Assembly: GCA_038321985.1 (NCBI GenBank)
Contig: JBBQFN010000024.1
Span: 1 to 64,000 of the forward strand
Direction: 5' to 3'
Source: Cyanophyceae cyanobacterium
GTDB taxonomy: Bacteria; Cyanobacteriota; Cyanobacteriia; Cyanobacteriales; Laspinemataceae
DNA length: 64,000 nucleotides
In this document: positions 1 to 13,400 of the stretch, in pieces
Layout of the letters: every line of letters begins with the position of its first letter
Numbering within the stretch: the stretch's first letter is position 1
Notes under the pieces: generated by a model
What the model was told of the DNA's origin: nothing
What the model saw: the letters and a program-made list of their open reading frames with translations, nothing else
Databases searched by the model: none
Position numbers and translations under genes: made by a program

Positions 1-906
1 CCGGCCATTGTGAAACTTGTTAGCTGGCCAACCTTGAAGCTTTGCCCAGGCAGCTTCGTTGAGGATTCGCTCGCACAGACACATTCCGACTTGCTGTTCT
101 CCGTAAACATTTGCGACCAGCCCGCGCACATTTTCATCTTGTTTGAGCACCAGAGCAGCGTCGATGAACTGATGGCTTATCGCAAGCTCAAGTACGCGTG
201 CCGTGCCGTCGATCGCCACATCGCGAAAGCCAGGGACAGCAAGGTTTCGCCCCTTCCCTTGCCGCTGGTTATTCCCGTTCTTTTGCACCACAGCGAGAGG
301 GGCTGGACTGCCCGCACCAGTGTGCAAGAACTCTATCACCCGGCATTCACCTCCAACCCGATCTTTGCTCCCTTCATTCCTCACCTTTCCTTCGTCCTTG
401 ACGACATTAGCCACATTTCCAATGCGGCTCTTCGCCAGCGCGCGTGGCGGCATCAACCCACACTCACTGTCCTATTCCTGCGAGACTGCCGCTCGCACGA
501 GCGTTTTGTTGACGCTTTGAGCTATTGGGGCCCTGACTTTTATGCCTTGATTTTGGAGCCCGATGGCTTTGAGGCATTCGCTCCCCTTTTCAGCTATTAT
601 CGTCAGGTTGCTTCCGCAATTTCGCAGCAGCGGATTTTTCAGATCCTTGACGCTCATTCCACTTCCAATCAGGAGTCCCAGGTGACCTTCACTGAAATCT
701 TCAATGAGAAAGCCAGGGCCCATGCCTTGGCCGAAGGCAAGCTCGAAGGCAAGCTCGAAGGCAAGCTCGAATCAGTACCGGGCTTGTTGGCAATGGGGTT
801 GAGTGCAGAACAAATTGCATTGGCCTTAAAATTAGACATTGAGCAAGTTCAGCAAGTCATCCAAGACATATCGAATTCTGATAATACTCCCCAGGCTCAG
901 AGTTAA
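1..906 (+). CDS. Rpn family recombination-promoting nuclease / putative transposase (YhgA/Transposase_31-like), 5' end outside window
   Basis: Motifs GSFVE, SDLLFSV, LFEHQS, LPLVIPVLLHH; C-terminal EGKL x3 plus short helical tail; frame is open back to base 1. Confidence 0.8.
   Translation, partial: PAIVKLVSWPTLKLCPGSFVEDSLAQTHSDLLFSVNICDQPAHIFILFEHQSSVDELMAYRKLKYACRAVDRHIAKARDSKVSPLPLPLVIPVLLHHSERGWTARTSVQELYHPAFTSNPIFAPFIPHLSFVLDDISHISNAALRQRAWRHQPTLTVLFLRDCRSHERFVDALSYWGPDFYALILEPDGFEAFAPLFSYYRQVASAISQQRIFQILDAHSTSNQESQVTFTEIFNEKARAHALAEGKLEGKLEGKLESVPGLLAMGLSAEQIALALKLDIEQVQQVIQDISNSDNTPQAQS
733..768 (+). repeat. 12-bp tandem repeat gaaggcaagctc x3 (EGKL)
   Basis: Read directly from the sequence. 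Confidence 0.95.
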
Positions 907-989
907 AACTCCTTTCCATCGGAATTGTCGGGGCTTTTTTAGGCAAAATCCTCGACAATATTGCTTAAACAAATTGGGAGATAGAAGCC

Positions 990-1199
990 ATGTTTGGATT
1001 ACAAGAGTTGAAACAGACTCCGTATTTTCAAGAAGTCGCAGCGTCAGCAAAGCTTGAAGGTAAGCTCGAATCCGTACCTAGCCTATTGACAATGAGGTTA
1101 ACTGGACAAAAAATTGCATTGGTCTTAAAATTAGACATTGAGCAAGTTCACCAAGTCATCCAAGATTTACCGAATTCTGATAAGACTCCAGAGAGGTAG
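990..1199 (+). CDS. Stand-alone Rpn/DUF2887-type C-terminal module (RpnS-like small protein or gene remnant)
   Basis: (EIEA)MFGLQELKQTPYFQEV...EGKLESVP..LKLDIEQV; about 1050-1190 is a near-copy of about 750-895; in-frame TAA at 966-968 upstream. Confidence 0.65.
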   Translation: MFGLQELKQTPYFQEVAASAKLEGKLESVPSLLTMRLTGQKIALVLKLDIEQVHQVIQDLPNSDKTPER

Positions 1200-1287
1200 C
1201 CGTAGGGGGAGGATAAAGTTGCCAGAAATCAGGCCAATCAAGATGAGTTAGAGACTAATTAGGCCAATCAAACCGGAGGATAAAACC

Positions 1288-1723
1288 ATGAAAAATCTGC
1301 TGAATATTCAGGTTGAAAACCCACTGAAACGAATTGGAATAAAATTACTTTGACTGTACTAATTTCAGAAAAGTCAGCAGGGAATATCAGGCAACGGTGT
1401 TGGGGTGGTCCGATTGTCAAGGGTCGGGATTGACTAAAGAAGAGGCGATCGCCAATCTGAATCAAGCCCTGAGCACTCGCCTAGAAACCACGAAAATTGC
1501 TTCCTTACAAATTGTCAATCCCAACGCAGAGCATCCTTGGATGAAGTTAGCTGGAAAATACAAAGATGATCCAGATTTCGATGAAATGCTTGCACATATT
1601 GAGGCGTTACGTCAAGAACGCGATGCAGAAATGGAAGACTATTATCCTCAACTGGATGAGGAGGATAAAGCCCAATTTGATGAAGGCTATGATCATTCAG
1701 TCGATATGGAGGACCTTGCATGA
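1288..1723 (+). pseudogene. HicB-like antitoxin, apparently frameshifted at its 5' end
   Basis: GGAGGA then ATG at 1288; ...TLTVLISEKSAG and EYQATVLGWSDCQGSGLTKEEAIANL lie in different frames (shifts near 1320 and 1381); HPWMKLAGKYKDDPDFDE tail; stop overlaps next ATG. Confidence 0.6.
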
Positions 1724-2154
1724 CTCTAGGGATATTGGATTCAGATTGCCTCTCCCTTTTGCAACGGGGTGGCCATCCACACCTAGAGCACCGCATTCAG
1801 CAGGTTGATCCTGAACATTTAGCCGTTACAATTGTGACGATGGAAGAACAACTGTCTGGACGACTCAATCTAATTCACTGATCGCCCTCAGGAGATGCCC
1901 TGATTTTAGCTTACGCCAAACTCCGGGAAACGGTAGATGATTTCAATCCGCTTAATTTCCTGGATTTCGATCGCCCTGCGTTGACAGAATACAAAGGGTT
2001 GATACAGCAACGAATCCGAATCGGGACCCAAGACTTAAAAATTGGGGCAGTCGCCCTCTCCCGCAGTGCAATTCTAGTCACCCGCAACCGTCGGGATTTT
2101 GAACAGCGCCCGGGCTTGCAGTGGGAAGATTGGACGATCGCCTCCGAGGAGTGA
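1720..2154 (+). pseudogene. VapC/PIN-domain toxin with internal stop codon (not in ORF track)
   Basis: Manual translation MTLGILDSDCLSLL...VTIVTMEEQLSG...H*SPS...IGTQDLKIGAVAL...LVTRNRRDFEQRPGL; in-frame TGA at 1879-1881. Confidence 0.85.
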
Positions 2155-2193
2155 GAACGGGGCTATCTCTTCAAAGGCACTCAGGGAAATCCA

Positions 2194-4950
2194 CTACAAA
2201 TCAATCTCCGCACGAATCACGTCTTCTTGGCGTTGCAGGCGGAAGCCGATTTTTTGAGACAGGTGCTGCATTGCGCCATTGTCTGGGAGAATATCTGCGG
2301 TAATGCGAACTAGCTTCTCACTTCGTCCCACTTCAAGCAATTGTTGCAAAAGTTTTGTTCCTAACCCTAACCCTTGATACGGGTCGGCAATCAGTAATCC
2401 AAATTCGCCTTCATTGGCACCATGTAACTTGGTCAGGCGACCAAATCCGAGAATTTGATGTTCGCCGGTTTCCGGATGTCGGTAATCTGCGACAAGTGCC
2501 ATTTCGCGATCGTAATCGATAAAGCAGATCCGGGCTAACCGTTCGTGAGAGACGCGGCGACTGAGTTTAAGCAGGTGGAAATAACGGAAATACACCGAGC
2601 GATCGCTCAAGGTTTCATGAAATTTAACCACTAAGGGTTCATCTTCGGGACGAATCGGACGAATTCTGACCGATGTACCATTCTTCATGGACCAAGAGGT
2701 AATATACTGGGTCGGATAAGGCCGAATTGCCGGACGGGGTAATTCCTCGGGGTCGCTATCTGGATCATGGAGTACCACCCGTGCATCCAATGCAATAATC
2801 CGTTCAGGCGATACAAGCAAGGGATTAATATCGGTCTCTTTAATCCAGGGTTGTTCGACAATTAATTGACTAAATCTCACCATCAATTGCTCGATCGCCG
2901 CAATATCCACCGGGTCCCGTCCCCGAATCCCTTGAAGCGCTTTGTATATTTTCGTCTGTTCCATCATCCGCCTGGCGAGGGTTGTATTTAACGGCGGTAA
3001 CCCTAGCGATCGGTCCTTAAACACTTCCACCAACTGCCCCCCGGTGCCAAACAGTAACACGGGGCCAAATTGTGGGTCGATACTGCTGCCGACGATTAAT
3101 TCATAACCGTCTAATTTAATCATCGCCTGTACGGTTACCCCTTGGAAATGCTCCCCACCGGCTTTTTCTTGAACGGCGGTTTCAATGGCGCAATAGGCAT
3201 CTCCCACGGCTTCCATACTGCCTAAATTCAACTTCACACCCCCCACGTCGGTTTTATGGGTTATGGTTTCTGAATACAGCTTCAGAACCACGGGATAACC
3301 GATTTTATTGGCACATTCTATGGCTTCGGCTGCGCTGGTGGCAATGTGAGTTTCCACGGTGGGAATGCCGTAAGCGGCGAATACCTGTTTTGATTCAAAC
3401 TCGGTTAACAAAGTTCGACCTTCTTGCCGCGCCTGGGTGATAATTTTTTGGACTAAGGCGCGATCGGGGGTGTTGTTGTCATCATCCTTGGGTAGTACCG
3501 GCGTCTCGTACAACCCCCGTAAGTTGTAAGTGTAGCGCCACATATAATTAAACAACCGTGCCGCTGTATCGGGGTAGGGAAAAGTGGGGATATTGGCGTG
3601 ATTCAAAAAATTCGCCCCGTCTCTGACATCTTCGCCACCCATCCAGCTTGCCAAAATCGGTTTATCTTTGATTTTGGCGTAGGGTTCCAGTTGTTTGGCG
3701 GTTTCGGTAGGGTCCGTCATTGCTTGCGGGGTCAATATCACCAGCAATCCATCACTATTGGGGTCTTTTGCCGCCTTTTCTAGGGTTTTGGCATAGCGGC
3801 TGGGTTCGGCATCTCCTAAGATGTCGATCGGGTTGCTGCGACTCCAATGGACGGGCAAAAATTCGTCCAGTTCGGCGATGGTTTCTGAGGAGAGTTCGGT
3901 GAGTTGTCCCCCTTCCGTAATCAGGGCGTCTGTGGCTATCACCCCGGGACCTCCGGCATTGGTGAGGATGGTTAAATTAGGTCCTTTGGGGCGCGGTTGT
4001 TTGGCAAGGACTTCTGACATATAGAAAACATAGGAGATATTGTTGACGCGCAATACTCCCGTGCGTCGGAAGGCGGCATCTAGCACTTCGTCACTGCCGG
4101 TTAAGGTGCCGGTATGGGAGGCAGCAGCTTTGGCGGCAGCCTCTGTATGACCCACTTTGATGACGATGATCGGTTTGCTCAGGGCCACTTCCCTTGCGGC
4201 TGAGAGGAACGATCGCGCATTCCCGATGGATTCCATGTAGATGACGATGCTTTGGGTGTTGGGGTCGTCGCCGAGGTAATAGATTAAATCTCCCCAACCC
4301 ACATCCAGCATGGAACCAATGGACATAAAGGCGCTAAACCCGACATTCTCCCGCAAACTCCAATCCAGAATGGCGGTACAGAGTGCCCCACTTTGGCTGA
4401 TAAAGCCAACATTGCCGGGTTTTGCCATTTTGGTGGCAAAGGTGGCATTAAGTCCGAACAGTGGACTCATTACCCCAAGGCAGTTGGGCCCGATAATCTG
4501 CATTTTACCGCGTCGGGCTTCGGTTAGAATTTGTCGTTCTAATTCGACTCCGGCAGGGCCGATTTCTTTGAATCCGGCTGAGATGATAATCGCGCCGGGA
4601 ATGCCAACATCGACGCATTCGCTAATGATCCCGGGAACTGAGGGGGCTGGCGTGACGACGATCGCCAAGTCTACAGGGTCAGGAACGGCGGAAATGCTAG
4701 GATAAGCTTTGATCCCCAGCACGTTATCCCGCTTGGGATTGACGGGAAATACGGCCCCCCCAAAGGGACTGGCGATCAGATTGGATAAAATAGTGCGTCC
4801 GACACTCCCGAGTCTATCGGTTGCACCGATTACGGCGACGTTTTTCGGTTTAAAAATGGCATCAAGGGGCTGACGTTCATAGCGCAGGACGTCTTGAGTC
4901 GTGACGGTGCCCGGGGTTTGGCCTACATTGGTTGCAATCGGCTTTTGCAT
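2194..4950 (-). CDS. Bifunctional acetate-CoA ligase (ADP-forming) family / GNAT acetyltransferase
   Basis: CoA-binding [27 protein letters not shown]-grasp HKTDVGGV, C-terminal GNAT (QGLGLG). Confidence 0.9.
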   Translation of the reverse strand: MQKPIATNVGQTPGTVTTQDVLRYERQPLDAIFKPKNVAVIGATDRLGSVGRTILSNLIASPFGGAVFPVNPKRDNVLGIKAYPSISAVPDPVDLAIVVTPAPSVPGIISECVDVGIPGAIIISAGFKEIGPAGVELERQILTEARRGKMQIIGPNCLGVMSPLFGLNATFATKMAKPGNVGFISQSGALCTAILDWSLRENVGFSAFMSIGSMLDVGWGDLIYYLGDDPNTQSIVIYMESIGNARSFLSAAREVALSKPIIVIKVGHTEAAAKAAASHTGTLTGSDEVLDAAFRRTGVLRVNNISYVFYMSEVLAKQPRPKGPNLTILTNAGGPGVIATDALITEGGQLTELSSETIAELDEFLPVHWSRSNPIDILGDAEPSRYAKTLEKAAKDPNSDGLLVILTPQAMTDPTETAKQLEPYAKIKDKPILASWMGGEDVRDGANFLNHANIPTFPYPDTAARLFNYMWRYTYNLRGLYETPVLPKDDDNNTPDRALVQKIITQARQEGRTLLTEFESKQVFAAYGIPTVETHIATSAAEAIECANKIGYPVVLKLYSETITHKTDVGGVKLNLGSMEAVGDAYCAIETAVQEKAGGEHFQGVTVQAMIKLDGYELIVGSSIDPQFGPVLLFGTGGQLVEVFKDRSLGLPPLNTTLARRMMEQTKIYKALQGIRGRDPVDIAAIEQLMVRFSQLIVEQPWIKETDINPLLVSPERIIALDARVVLHDPDSDPEELPRPAIRPYPTQYITSWSMKNGTSVRIRPIRPEDEPLVVKFHETLSDRSVYFRYFHLLKLSRRVSHERLARICFIDYDREMALVADYRHPETGEHQILGFGRLTKLHGANEGEFGLLIADPYQGLGLGTKLLQQLLEVGRSEKLVRITADILPDNGAMQHLSQKIGFRLQRQEDVIRAEIDL

Positions 4951-5275
4951 CGCTCAATTTTCCTTAAAAATAATCTTCTAAATGGACAGGGTTCTAGACA
5001 CGACCCTATTTTTTGAGTAAAAAGCTGAGAGTTACCTAAGATTAGCCTAATCACTCTTTCCAGATGGGGAAAAAGTTACGATGCTTTTAGAGGTAGGCGA
5101 TCGCCTCATTCTCAATTGCGTCAGGCATAGAGTCCTGTCCTGATCCACCTTACCGAACTTGACTGATTCTTGTCAGGTGGGTAAGATACTCCACGGGCCG
5201 ATCGCTCCTTAATTGGGCCTGATTTCCTCAACCCCGGGGCGATCGCAAGTGAGAGCGCTTCCCTTTTCTGGCCGT

Positions 5276-6058
5276 TTATTGCACGGGCAGCCCATAACTT
5301 CTAAAAATATCCATCACGGCTTCCACTTGTTCCGCTGTGGGGGGTTGAGTATTTTTCAGTTCATACTCGTACCCTAGCTGTTCCCATTTATATTCTCCCA
5401 TTTGATGAAAAGGCAACACTTCCACTTTTTCCACATTGGTTAAGGTTGAAACAAACTGGGCGAGTCCTTCCACATTCTCCCGATTATCCGTGAGATGGGG
5501 AACTAGAACAAAACGAATCCAAGCCGGTTTGTTAATCTCTTTAAGATATTCTGCAAATTTCAGGGTTGGTTCTAGGGAAACTTTGGTCACTTTTTCATAG
5601 AGCGCCCGATTATAGGATTTAATATCCAGTAAGACTAAATCCACATAATTTAATACAGGTTTAGCTGCATTTAATTGGACATAACCGGATGTATCCAAAA
5701 CGGTATGAATGTTTAATTCTTGACAGCGACGAAATATTTCTCCCACGAATTCGGGCTGCATCAAGGGTTCGCCGCCGGTAACGGTGACTCCCCCTCCTGA
5801 AAAGCGCATATAGGAGCGATATTTTTGCACTTCTTCGATGAGTTCATCTACGCTGACGACTCTCCCCTCTTCGATATGGCGACAATCCGGGTTATGGCAA
5901 TAAAGGCAGCGCAGGGGACATCCTTGGGTAAAAATCACAAAGCGAATACCAGGACCATCGACGGTTCCACAGCTTTCGACAGAATGGATCGCACCGACGG
6001 TTTGAATGGCCGGAACTGAGGCAGAAGTGGCAGTTTGAGGGGCTGTTGTATTTAACAT
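5276..6058 (-). CDS. pflA: Pyruvate formate-lyase activating enzyme (radical SAM)
   Basis: GTVDGPGIRF, CPLRCLYCHNPD, TGGEPLMQ; directly downstream of pflB. Confidence 0.97.
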   Translation of the reverse strand: MLNTTAPQTATSASVPAIQTVGAIHSVESCGTVDGPGIRFVIFTQGCPLRCLYCHNPDCRHIEEGRVVSVDELIEEVQKYRSYMRFSGGGVTVTGGEPLMQPEFVGEIFRRCQELNIHTVLDTSGYVQLNAAKPVLNYVDLVLLDIKSYNRALYEKVTKVSLEPTLKFAEYLKEINKPAWIRFVLVPHLTDNRENVEGLAQFVSTLTNVEKVEVLPFHQMGEYKWEQLGYEYELKNTQPPTAEQVEAVMDIFRSYGLPVQ

Positions 6059-6094
6059 TTTAAAAAAGTAAGGATGAGAATTTATTTTGGATTA

Positions 6095-6140
6095 TAAAAA
6101 TAGAAAGGTGAGCATTAAAGCCCACCTTTCTATTTTTAAA
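6095..6140. terminator. Hairpin between pflB and pflA (terminator or mRNA stabiliser)
   Basis: taaaaatagaaaggtg...cacctttctattttta inverted repeat. Confidence 0.65.
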
Positions 6141-6143
6141 GGA

Positions 6144-8432
6144 TTAGATGCGTTCGTGGAAGGTTCGGTTAATTACGTCTAACTGTTGTTCTCGGGTTAA
6201 TTTAATGAAGTTGACGGCATAACCGGATACCCGAATGGTGAGTTGTGGATATTTTTCGGGATGGGCCATTGCATCAAGGAGGGTTTCGCGCTCCAAGACG
6301 TTAATGTTAATATGATGCCCGCTATCGTGGAAGTACCCATCTAAAATTCCCACGAGGTTGGTGAGCCGATCGCCTGCGGTTTTTCCTAGGGCTTTGGGGA
6401 CGATGGAGAAGGTATAGGAAATCCCGTCTTGGGCGTGTTCATAGGGAAGTTTGGCGACGGAAGAGAGGGCCGCGATCGCTCCTTTGGTATCCCGTCCATG
6501 CATGGGGTTGGCACCCGGTGCAAAGGGGGCTCCGGCTTTGCGTCCATCGGGAGTGTTTCCGGTTTTTTTACCATACACCACATTGGAGGTAATGGTTAAG
6601 ACGGATTGAGTGGGAACGGCATTCCGGTAGGTTTTATGCTTGCGGATCTTGTTCATGAAGTTTTTCACGAGATCCACGGCAATGTCATCTACGCGATCGT
6701 CGTTGTTCCCATACTTGGGATAATCTCCCTCTATCTCGTAATCGACAATTAAGCCTTGATCGTTGCGAATGGCTTTGACTTTGGCATATTTAATTGCTGA
6801 GAGGGAGTCGGCAACCACGGAGAGTCCCGCAACACCACAGGCGAGGGTCCGATAAATATCGCGATCGTGCAAGGCGGCTTCAATCCGCTCATAGCAATAT
6901 TTATCGTGCATATAATGGATGACGTTCAAGGTATTGACGTAGAGTTTGGCTAACCAATCTAGGAAGCGATCAAATTTCGCTACTACGTCCTCGTAATCCA
7001 GACTCTCTCCCATTACGGGGCTAAATTCCGGTCCAATTTGTGCGCCTGATGTTTCGTCTTTACCGCCGTTAATGGCGTACAGCAAGGCTTTCGCTAGGTT
7101 AGCCCGCGCCCCGAAAAATTGCATCTGTTTCCCAATTCGCATGGCGCTGACGCAACAGGCAATCCCGTAATCGTCGCCATATTCAGGCCGCATCAAGTCG
7201 TCGTTTTCATACTGGGTGGAACAGGTGTCGATGGAAACTTTCGCACAATAGCGTTTGAAGTTTTCTGGTAACCGTTCGGACCACAGGATGGTTAAGTTAG
7301 GTTCCGGTGCTGCCCCGAGGTTATATAAGGTGTGCAGGAATCGGAAGCTGGTGCGGGTGACGAGAGAACGTCCGTCTTCACTCATCCCCCCGAGACATTC
7401 AGTAACCCAGGTGGGGTCGCCGGAGAAGAGTTGGTTGTAGTCCGGGGTCCGCAGGAACCGCACCATCCGCAGTTTCATGACGAAATCATCAATGATTTCC
7501 TGCGCCTCGGTTTCGGTGACAGTGCCGTTTTTCAGGTCGCGCTCAAAGTAAATATCCAGGAAGGTAGACACCCGCCCTAATGACATGGCGGCACCATTTT
7601 GTTCTTTAACGGCGGCAAGATAGGCCAAATATGTCCACTGGACGGCTTCTTGAGCGCTGGTTGCCGGTCGCCCTAGGTCAAATCCATAACCCGCTGCCAT
7701 GTCTTTGAGTTCTTGCAAGGCGCGAATCTGTTCGGAGACTTCTTCCCGGAGTTGGATTACGGGTTCATCGATCGCATCAAATTCTAGGGACTCTAGCTGA
7801 TGTTTTTTATCGACAATCAGGCGGTTGACTCCATAAAGTGCGACTCGCCGATAGTCACCTATAATCCGTCCCCGTCCGTAAGCGTCGGGCAATCCGGTGA
7901 TGATCCCGGAATGTCGGGCCGCCCGCATTTCTCGCGTGTATCCATCAAATACGCCGTCATTGTGAGTTTTACGATACTTGGTGAAGATTTCTTCGGTTTC
8001 GGGGTCGAGTTTATACCCGTAGGCTTCTAAACCAGCTTTGACGATGCGGATACCGCCGTAGGGCATGATAGCTCGTTTGAGGGGTTTATCGGTTTGGAGT
8101 CCGACAATCCGCTCTAAGTTGCGATCAATGTAACCGGGGCCGTAAGCTGTAATGGTTGCTGGAATCTTGGTTTCCGCATCTAATACACCTTTGAGGCGTT
8201 CTTCTTTCATCAGTTCGGTGACTTTCTTCCAGAGCGTTGTGGTGCGTTCTGTCGCCTCTGCTAAGAAGGTTTCATCTCCCTGATAGGGTTTGTAGTTGTT
8301 TTGAATGAAATCTCGGACGTCGATTTCTTTGCTCCATTTGCCGGTCACGAACCCTTGCCATTCCTCGCTAATGGGAGTTGCTTTGCCCGGGGAGTCTGTA
8401 GTTTGGGGGGATTTGACTGAGGTGGAAACCAT
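6144..8432 (-). CDS. pflB: Formate C-acetyltransferase (pyruvate formate-lyase)
   Basis: IACCVS dicysteine, glycyl-radical motif TIRVSGYAV; start moved to ATG 8432 (GAGG upstream). Confidence 0.98.
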   Translation of the reverse strand: MVSTSVKSPQTTDSPGKATPISEEWQGFVTGKWSKEIDVRDFIQNNYKPYQGDETFLAEATERTTTLWKKVTELMKEERLKGVLDAETKIPATITAYGPGYIDRNLERIVGLQTDKPLKRAIMPYGGIRIVKAGLEAYGYKLDPETEEIFTKYRKTHNDGVFDGYTREMRAARHSGIITGLPDAYGRGRIIGDYRRVALYGVNRLIVDKKHQLESLEFDAIDEPVIQLREEVSEQIRALQELKDMAAGYGFDLGRPATSAQEAVQWTYLAYLAAVKEQNGAAMSLGRVSTFLDIYFERDLKNGTVTETEAQEIIDDFVMKLRMVRFLRTPDYNQLFSGDPTWVTECLGGMSEDGRSLVTRTSFRFLHTLYNLGAAPEPNLTILWSERLPENFKRYCAKVSIDTCSTQYENDDLMRPEYGDDYGIACCVSAMRIGKQMQFFGARANLAKALLYAINGGKDETSGAQIGPEFSPVMGESLDYEDVVAKFDRFLDWLAKLYVNTLNVIHYMHDKYCYERIEAALHDRDIYRTLACGVAGLSVVADSLSAIKYAKVKAIRNDQGLIVDYEIEGDYPKYGNNDDRVDDIAVDLVKNFMNKIRKHKTYRNAVPTQSVLTITSNVVYGKKTGNTPDGRKAGAPFAPGANPMHGRDTKGAIAALSSVAKLPYEHAQDGISYTFSIVPKALGKTAGDRLTNLVGILDGYFHDSGHHININVLERETLLDAMAHPEKYPQLTIRVSGYAVNFIKLTREQQLDVINRTFHERI

Positions 8433-9039
8433 ATTATTACCTCGAATCGGTAAACTGTTGTGCTTGTCTTTTATCCACTCTTTTAAGGTAGCACACAATT
8501 CATTCAATTTTTCGTTTTATTTTGTTTTTTTAATAAAATGTCAAGAACCTGTTGGAGGGGGAGATTTTGCAGGTTTAGAGGGCAAAAATAAGGGTTGTAA
8601 AAACGGTGAGTGCTTTTGTTAGCAAGGGTGTCACCCTTGTCAAGGCTTGTTTAAAAAGATTACTTTTTCTTTAGAATTCAAGTTGTAATTTTTCTTTGTA
8701 ATTCTTTAATATTTGTAGTCTGGGGTACGTGAAAATTAAGTGGGGTTACTCTTGCTTTTTTTGAAGGATTCAGCTATGATGAGATATCAATAGTTTACCT
8801 GTTGGGGACAAGGATTGTAGAGTGGTGCGTGTCCCAGGTGAGGGAGTTCGAGGGATATACCGGGCGATCGCAGACTCAGCGTGAGATTCAGCCCGGGAAG
8901 GTTTGATATATAATATAAAATATGGGTTAGGGCTAAAGCCTCGCTGCCGCCTAGTTTGGGCTTTTCGGACTCTTTTCAGGGCTGCCGCTCCATTTATAAA
9001 ACTATTCTAAAAGAATACAATTTCCCTCAAAAGTCTTAA

Positions 9040-10170
<1,131 letters not shown>

Positions 10171-10190
10171 TTCTATCCAGAGTTTTGAGT

Positions 10191-10223
10191 AAAAAAGGGC
10201 GATCCGTTGCGATCGCCCTTTTT
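10191..10223 (+). terminator. Intrinsic terminator after gap1
   Basis: aaaaaagggcgatc-cgttgc-gatcgcccttttt. Confidence 0.75.
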
Positions 10224-10460
10224 AGGGGTTGTTGAGGACCACAGGATTTACCCGTAATTGGCTTGAGACAATTCGGGAATTGGTCTAATGTATTAAGGGG
10301 GGATAAAACCGGAAAAGGGGGGGAGGTCGTGATCTGCCGATCTCCGGTAGAGCCAGGTGCCGACTCCAGCCTCTATGGTCCATGCTAAAATCATAAGTCT
10401 ACACCCCAGAAAAATTTGGCCGTATTCAATTGACCCGCTCCCAAACTGGCGATTCACTTA

Positions 10461-13400
10461 ATGCCCTGGGTTCCATCATTCACCATTGTTGACATGAAAT
10501 TGATGAAACGCCCTATCCGGATTGATACGCTTCAGTGGTTTATTGGCATTTATCTTGCCATCCGGGGAACATTGATGCTGATGCTGCCACACAAGCTCGC
10601 CAGTCATATTTTTGCCCCTTTTCAATCTTATGTGACTGGGTTGGGTGCGTTGCAAGTCATCGCAGGCGCTTCTTTGATTGGGGCGGTGAGCTTGTTGCCC
10701 AGACGGTGGAGTATCGTGATCACGCATCTGATCGCAGGGGGGGCGTTGTTCCAGAGCGGAATTGCATACGCCTTTGGGGGCCGGTGGATGGGGGTGATCG
10801 CGGCGCTGATGTTGGGATTAGCGATCGCAGTCGCCCCTTTTCTAGGCAACCCTAATAAAGGCAGAGATCACAGGACCGGAACCATGTCCGGGGAGGTTGA
10901 CCTGTTTGCGGTGGCGATGGGACTCCGAATGGTGATCGAGGCCCTACTCTTCCTCCTGGTGTTAGATCCTCAGTTACAGGAATCCTTATCCCCCGTCCTT
11001 CCCTCCTACCGGATCTCCTACTCCCTCCTATATTTAGGGAGCGGGCTAAGCATCTTAGGAGTACATTTCTTTTCTAGAGTCCCTCGCTGGCTGTTTCAAT
11101 TGGTGCATTTAGTGGGGGGGATCTTCCTGTGGACCTGGGTTGTAGGGACAGGTTTTTCGCTTTGGAATGGGGTTCTTTCCTTTGCCGGGTTGGGAACCGC
11201 CTTGGCATTTCTCCCTTGGATTGGAAAGGGGCTGAACCGACTGGATCCTAACTCTCTGCGGACCCGAGTTGCGGTGGCGTCGATTGGAATCGTCACTTTA
11301 CCCCTGTTATCTTTAACAACCCTGGTATTCCTCCCCCAAGAACAAGCTAGCCTCGATCGCGCTTTGACGGTCCAACAGTCCCTGGCAGTTGCTCTCTCTC
11401 AAGATATCGCCACATATATCAACCTCCACCGTTCCGCGATGACTGCCTTGGCGAATCAGCCTGGATTGGCACAGATGGAACCGGAAGAACAACAGACTTT
11501 ACTCCAGGTCTTTCATACCGCTTATCCAGATATTCTGGTCCTGAGTATCTTCAATGCCAATGGTCAGGAGATTGCCCGCAGCGATAACCGGCCCCTGGGT
11601 CCCTCTATTCGGGATCTGGCCTCTTTTGAACAGATCCGTGTAACAGCAAGGCCTATTCTGAATTTCCAGGTGGGAAGAACCGTAAATCTGCCGGTGGCAT
11701 TCTTTCTGATTCCTTTGCTCAATTCTGAGGGAGAATTTGCCGGTGCCGTCGCTGGATCGATCGCCTCGTCACGGATTACGGAGCAAATGGGACGGATGGC
11801 GGCAGATACGAATCTGAAAGTTTATCTGGTCGATAAAAAAGGGCAGGTGATCGCCCATCCCGATGTCAAGTTGGTTAATTCCTTTGCCAATTTTGCCAAA
11901 GCTCCTCCGGTGGCGGCCCTGCTGGAGAGTCCTATTTCGTTTGGAAAACTCACCTATTGGAATAAGTCTATTCGAGAATTGGTCGGGTACGCCCGAGTGC
12001 CGGATTTTGGCTGGGTTGCGATTGTTGAACGTCCAGCGATGGAAGTGTTGGGGACTCTTAATGATAGACGGGAGCGCGATTTTCTGGTGCTGTTGGGGGT
12101 GGCGACGGCTTCGGTGGCGATCGGTGCTTGGATGTCTCACCGCTTGACGAAACCTCTGAGTACCCTAGCCTTTGCCGCACAAGAGTTAGGAAAGGGCAAT
12201 TCTCAAGCGCCCCTGCCTAAGAGCCATATTACAGAACTGTCGAATTTATCCTTGGTGTTTGGAACGATGCGCGATCGCCTGGTCCGACGCACTCAAGAAC
12301 GCGATCGCGCTGAGGCTGAGTTACGGCAAAGTGAGGCGAAATTTCGCCGCTTGGTTGAATCCAATATTATTGGCGCGATCGTGGTGGAGATAGCGGGTGC
12401 AGTGCTCGAAGCGAATGATGAGTTTCTTCAGATGATGGGCTATACTCGCGCTGATTTAGCCTCCGGCCAAATTCGCTGGCGGGAAATTGCCCCGGCTGAA
12501 TATTTTGAGGGTAGTCGCTGCATCAGTGAGGAATTGCAGCAAACTGGGGCGTTTGCACCCCTGGAAATGGAATGTATCCGCGTCGATGGCACTCGGGTTC
12601 CGGTGTTACTGGGGGCGGCACGGTTAGAAGAAACAGAGGATAAGGCGATCGCATTTGTCCTGGATTTGACCGAGCGCAAACAGATGGAACAAGAGCGCGA
12701 ACAACTCCTGGGGCGAGAACGGTTGGCCCGACAAGACGCTGAATCAGCTAACCGGATTAAAGATGAATTTTTGGCCGTCCTTTCTCATGAATTGCGATCG
12801 CCTCTCAATCCAATTTTAGGCTGGGCCAAGTTGCTACGCTCTCGTAAATTTGATCAAAAAACAATTGATAAAGCCTTAGAAACTATCGAACGAAATGCTC
12901 AGTTACAAACTGAATTGATTGAAGATTTACTGGATGTTTCCCGAATTCTGCGCGGCAAATTAACCCTGAAAGTCCAACCCGTGAATTTAGAGGGGGCGAT
13001 CAAAGGGGCGCTAGAAACTGTCAGTTTGGCAGCAGAAGCAAAATCTATCCACATCGAAACTCGATTTGATCCGGATCTCCCTGCCGTTTCCGGTGACATC
13101 ACTCGCTTACAACAAGTGTTCTGGAATCTGCTTTCTAATGCGGTTAAATTTACTCCTCCTAACGGACAAATTGAAGTAATTTTAAAAGGGGTAGATTCAA
13201 TGGCTCAGATTCAGGTCAAGGATAGCGGAAAAGGGATTGCTAAACCCTTTCTTCCTTATGTATTTGAATATTTTCGTCAGGAAGATGGGGGGACGACGCG
13301 CTCTTTTGGAGGCCTCGGGTTGGGATTGGCGATCGTCCGCTATATCGTGGAACAGCATGGGGGTTCTGTGATGGCCGAAAGTCCCGGCGAGGGCTTGGGC

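Noticed and set aside
8715..8728. NtcA-like GTA-N8-TAC between pflB and gap1
   Set aside because: Six-base match with no -10 box at the usual spacing on either strand; could be chance
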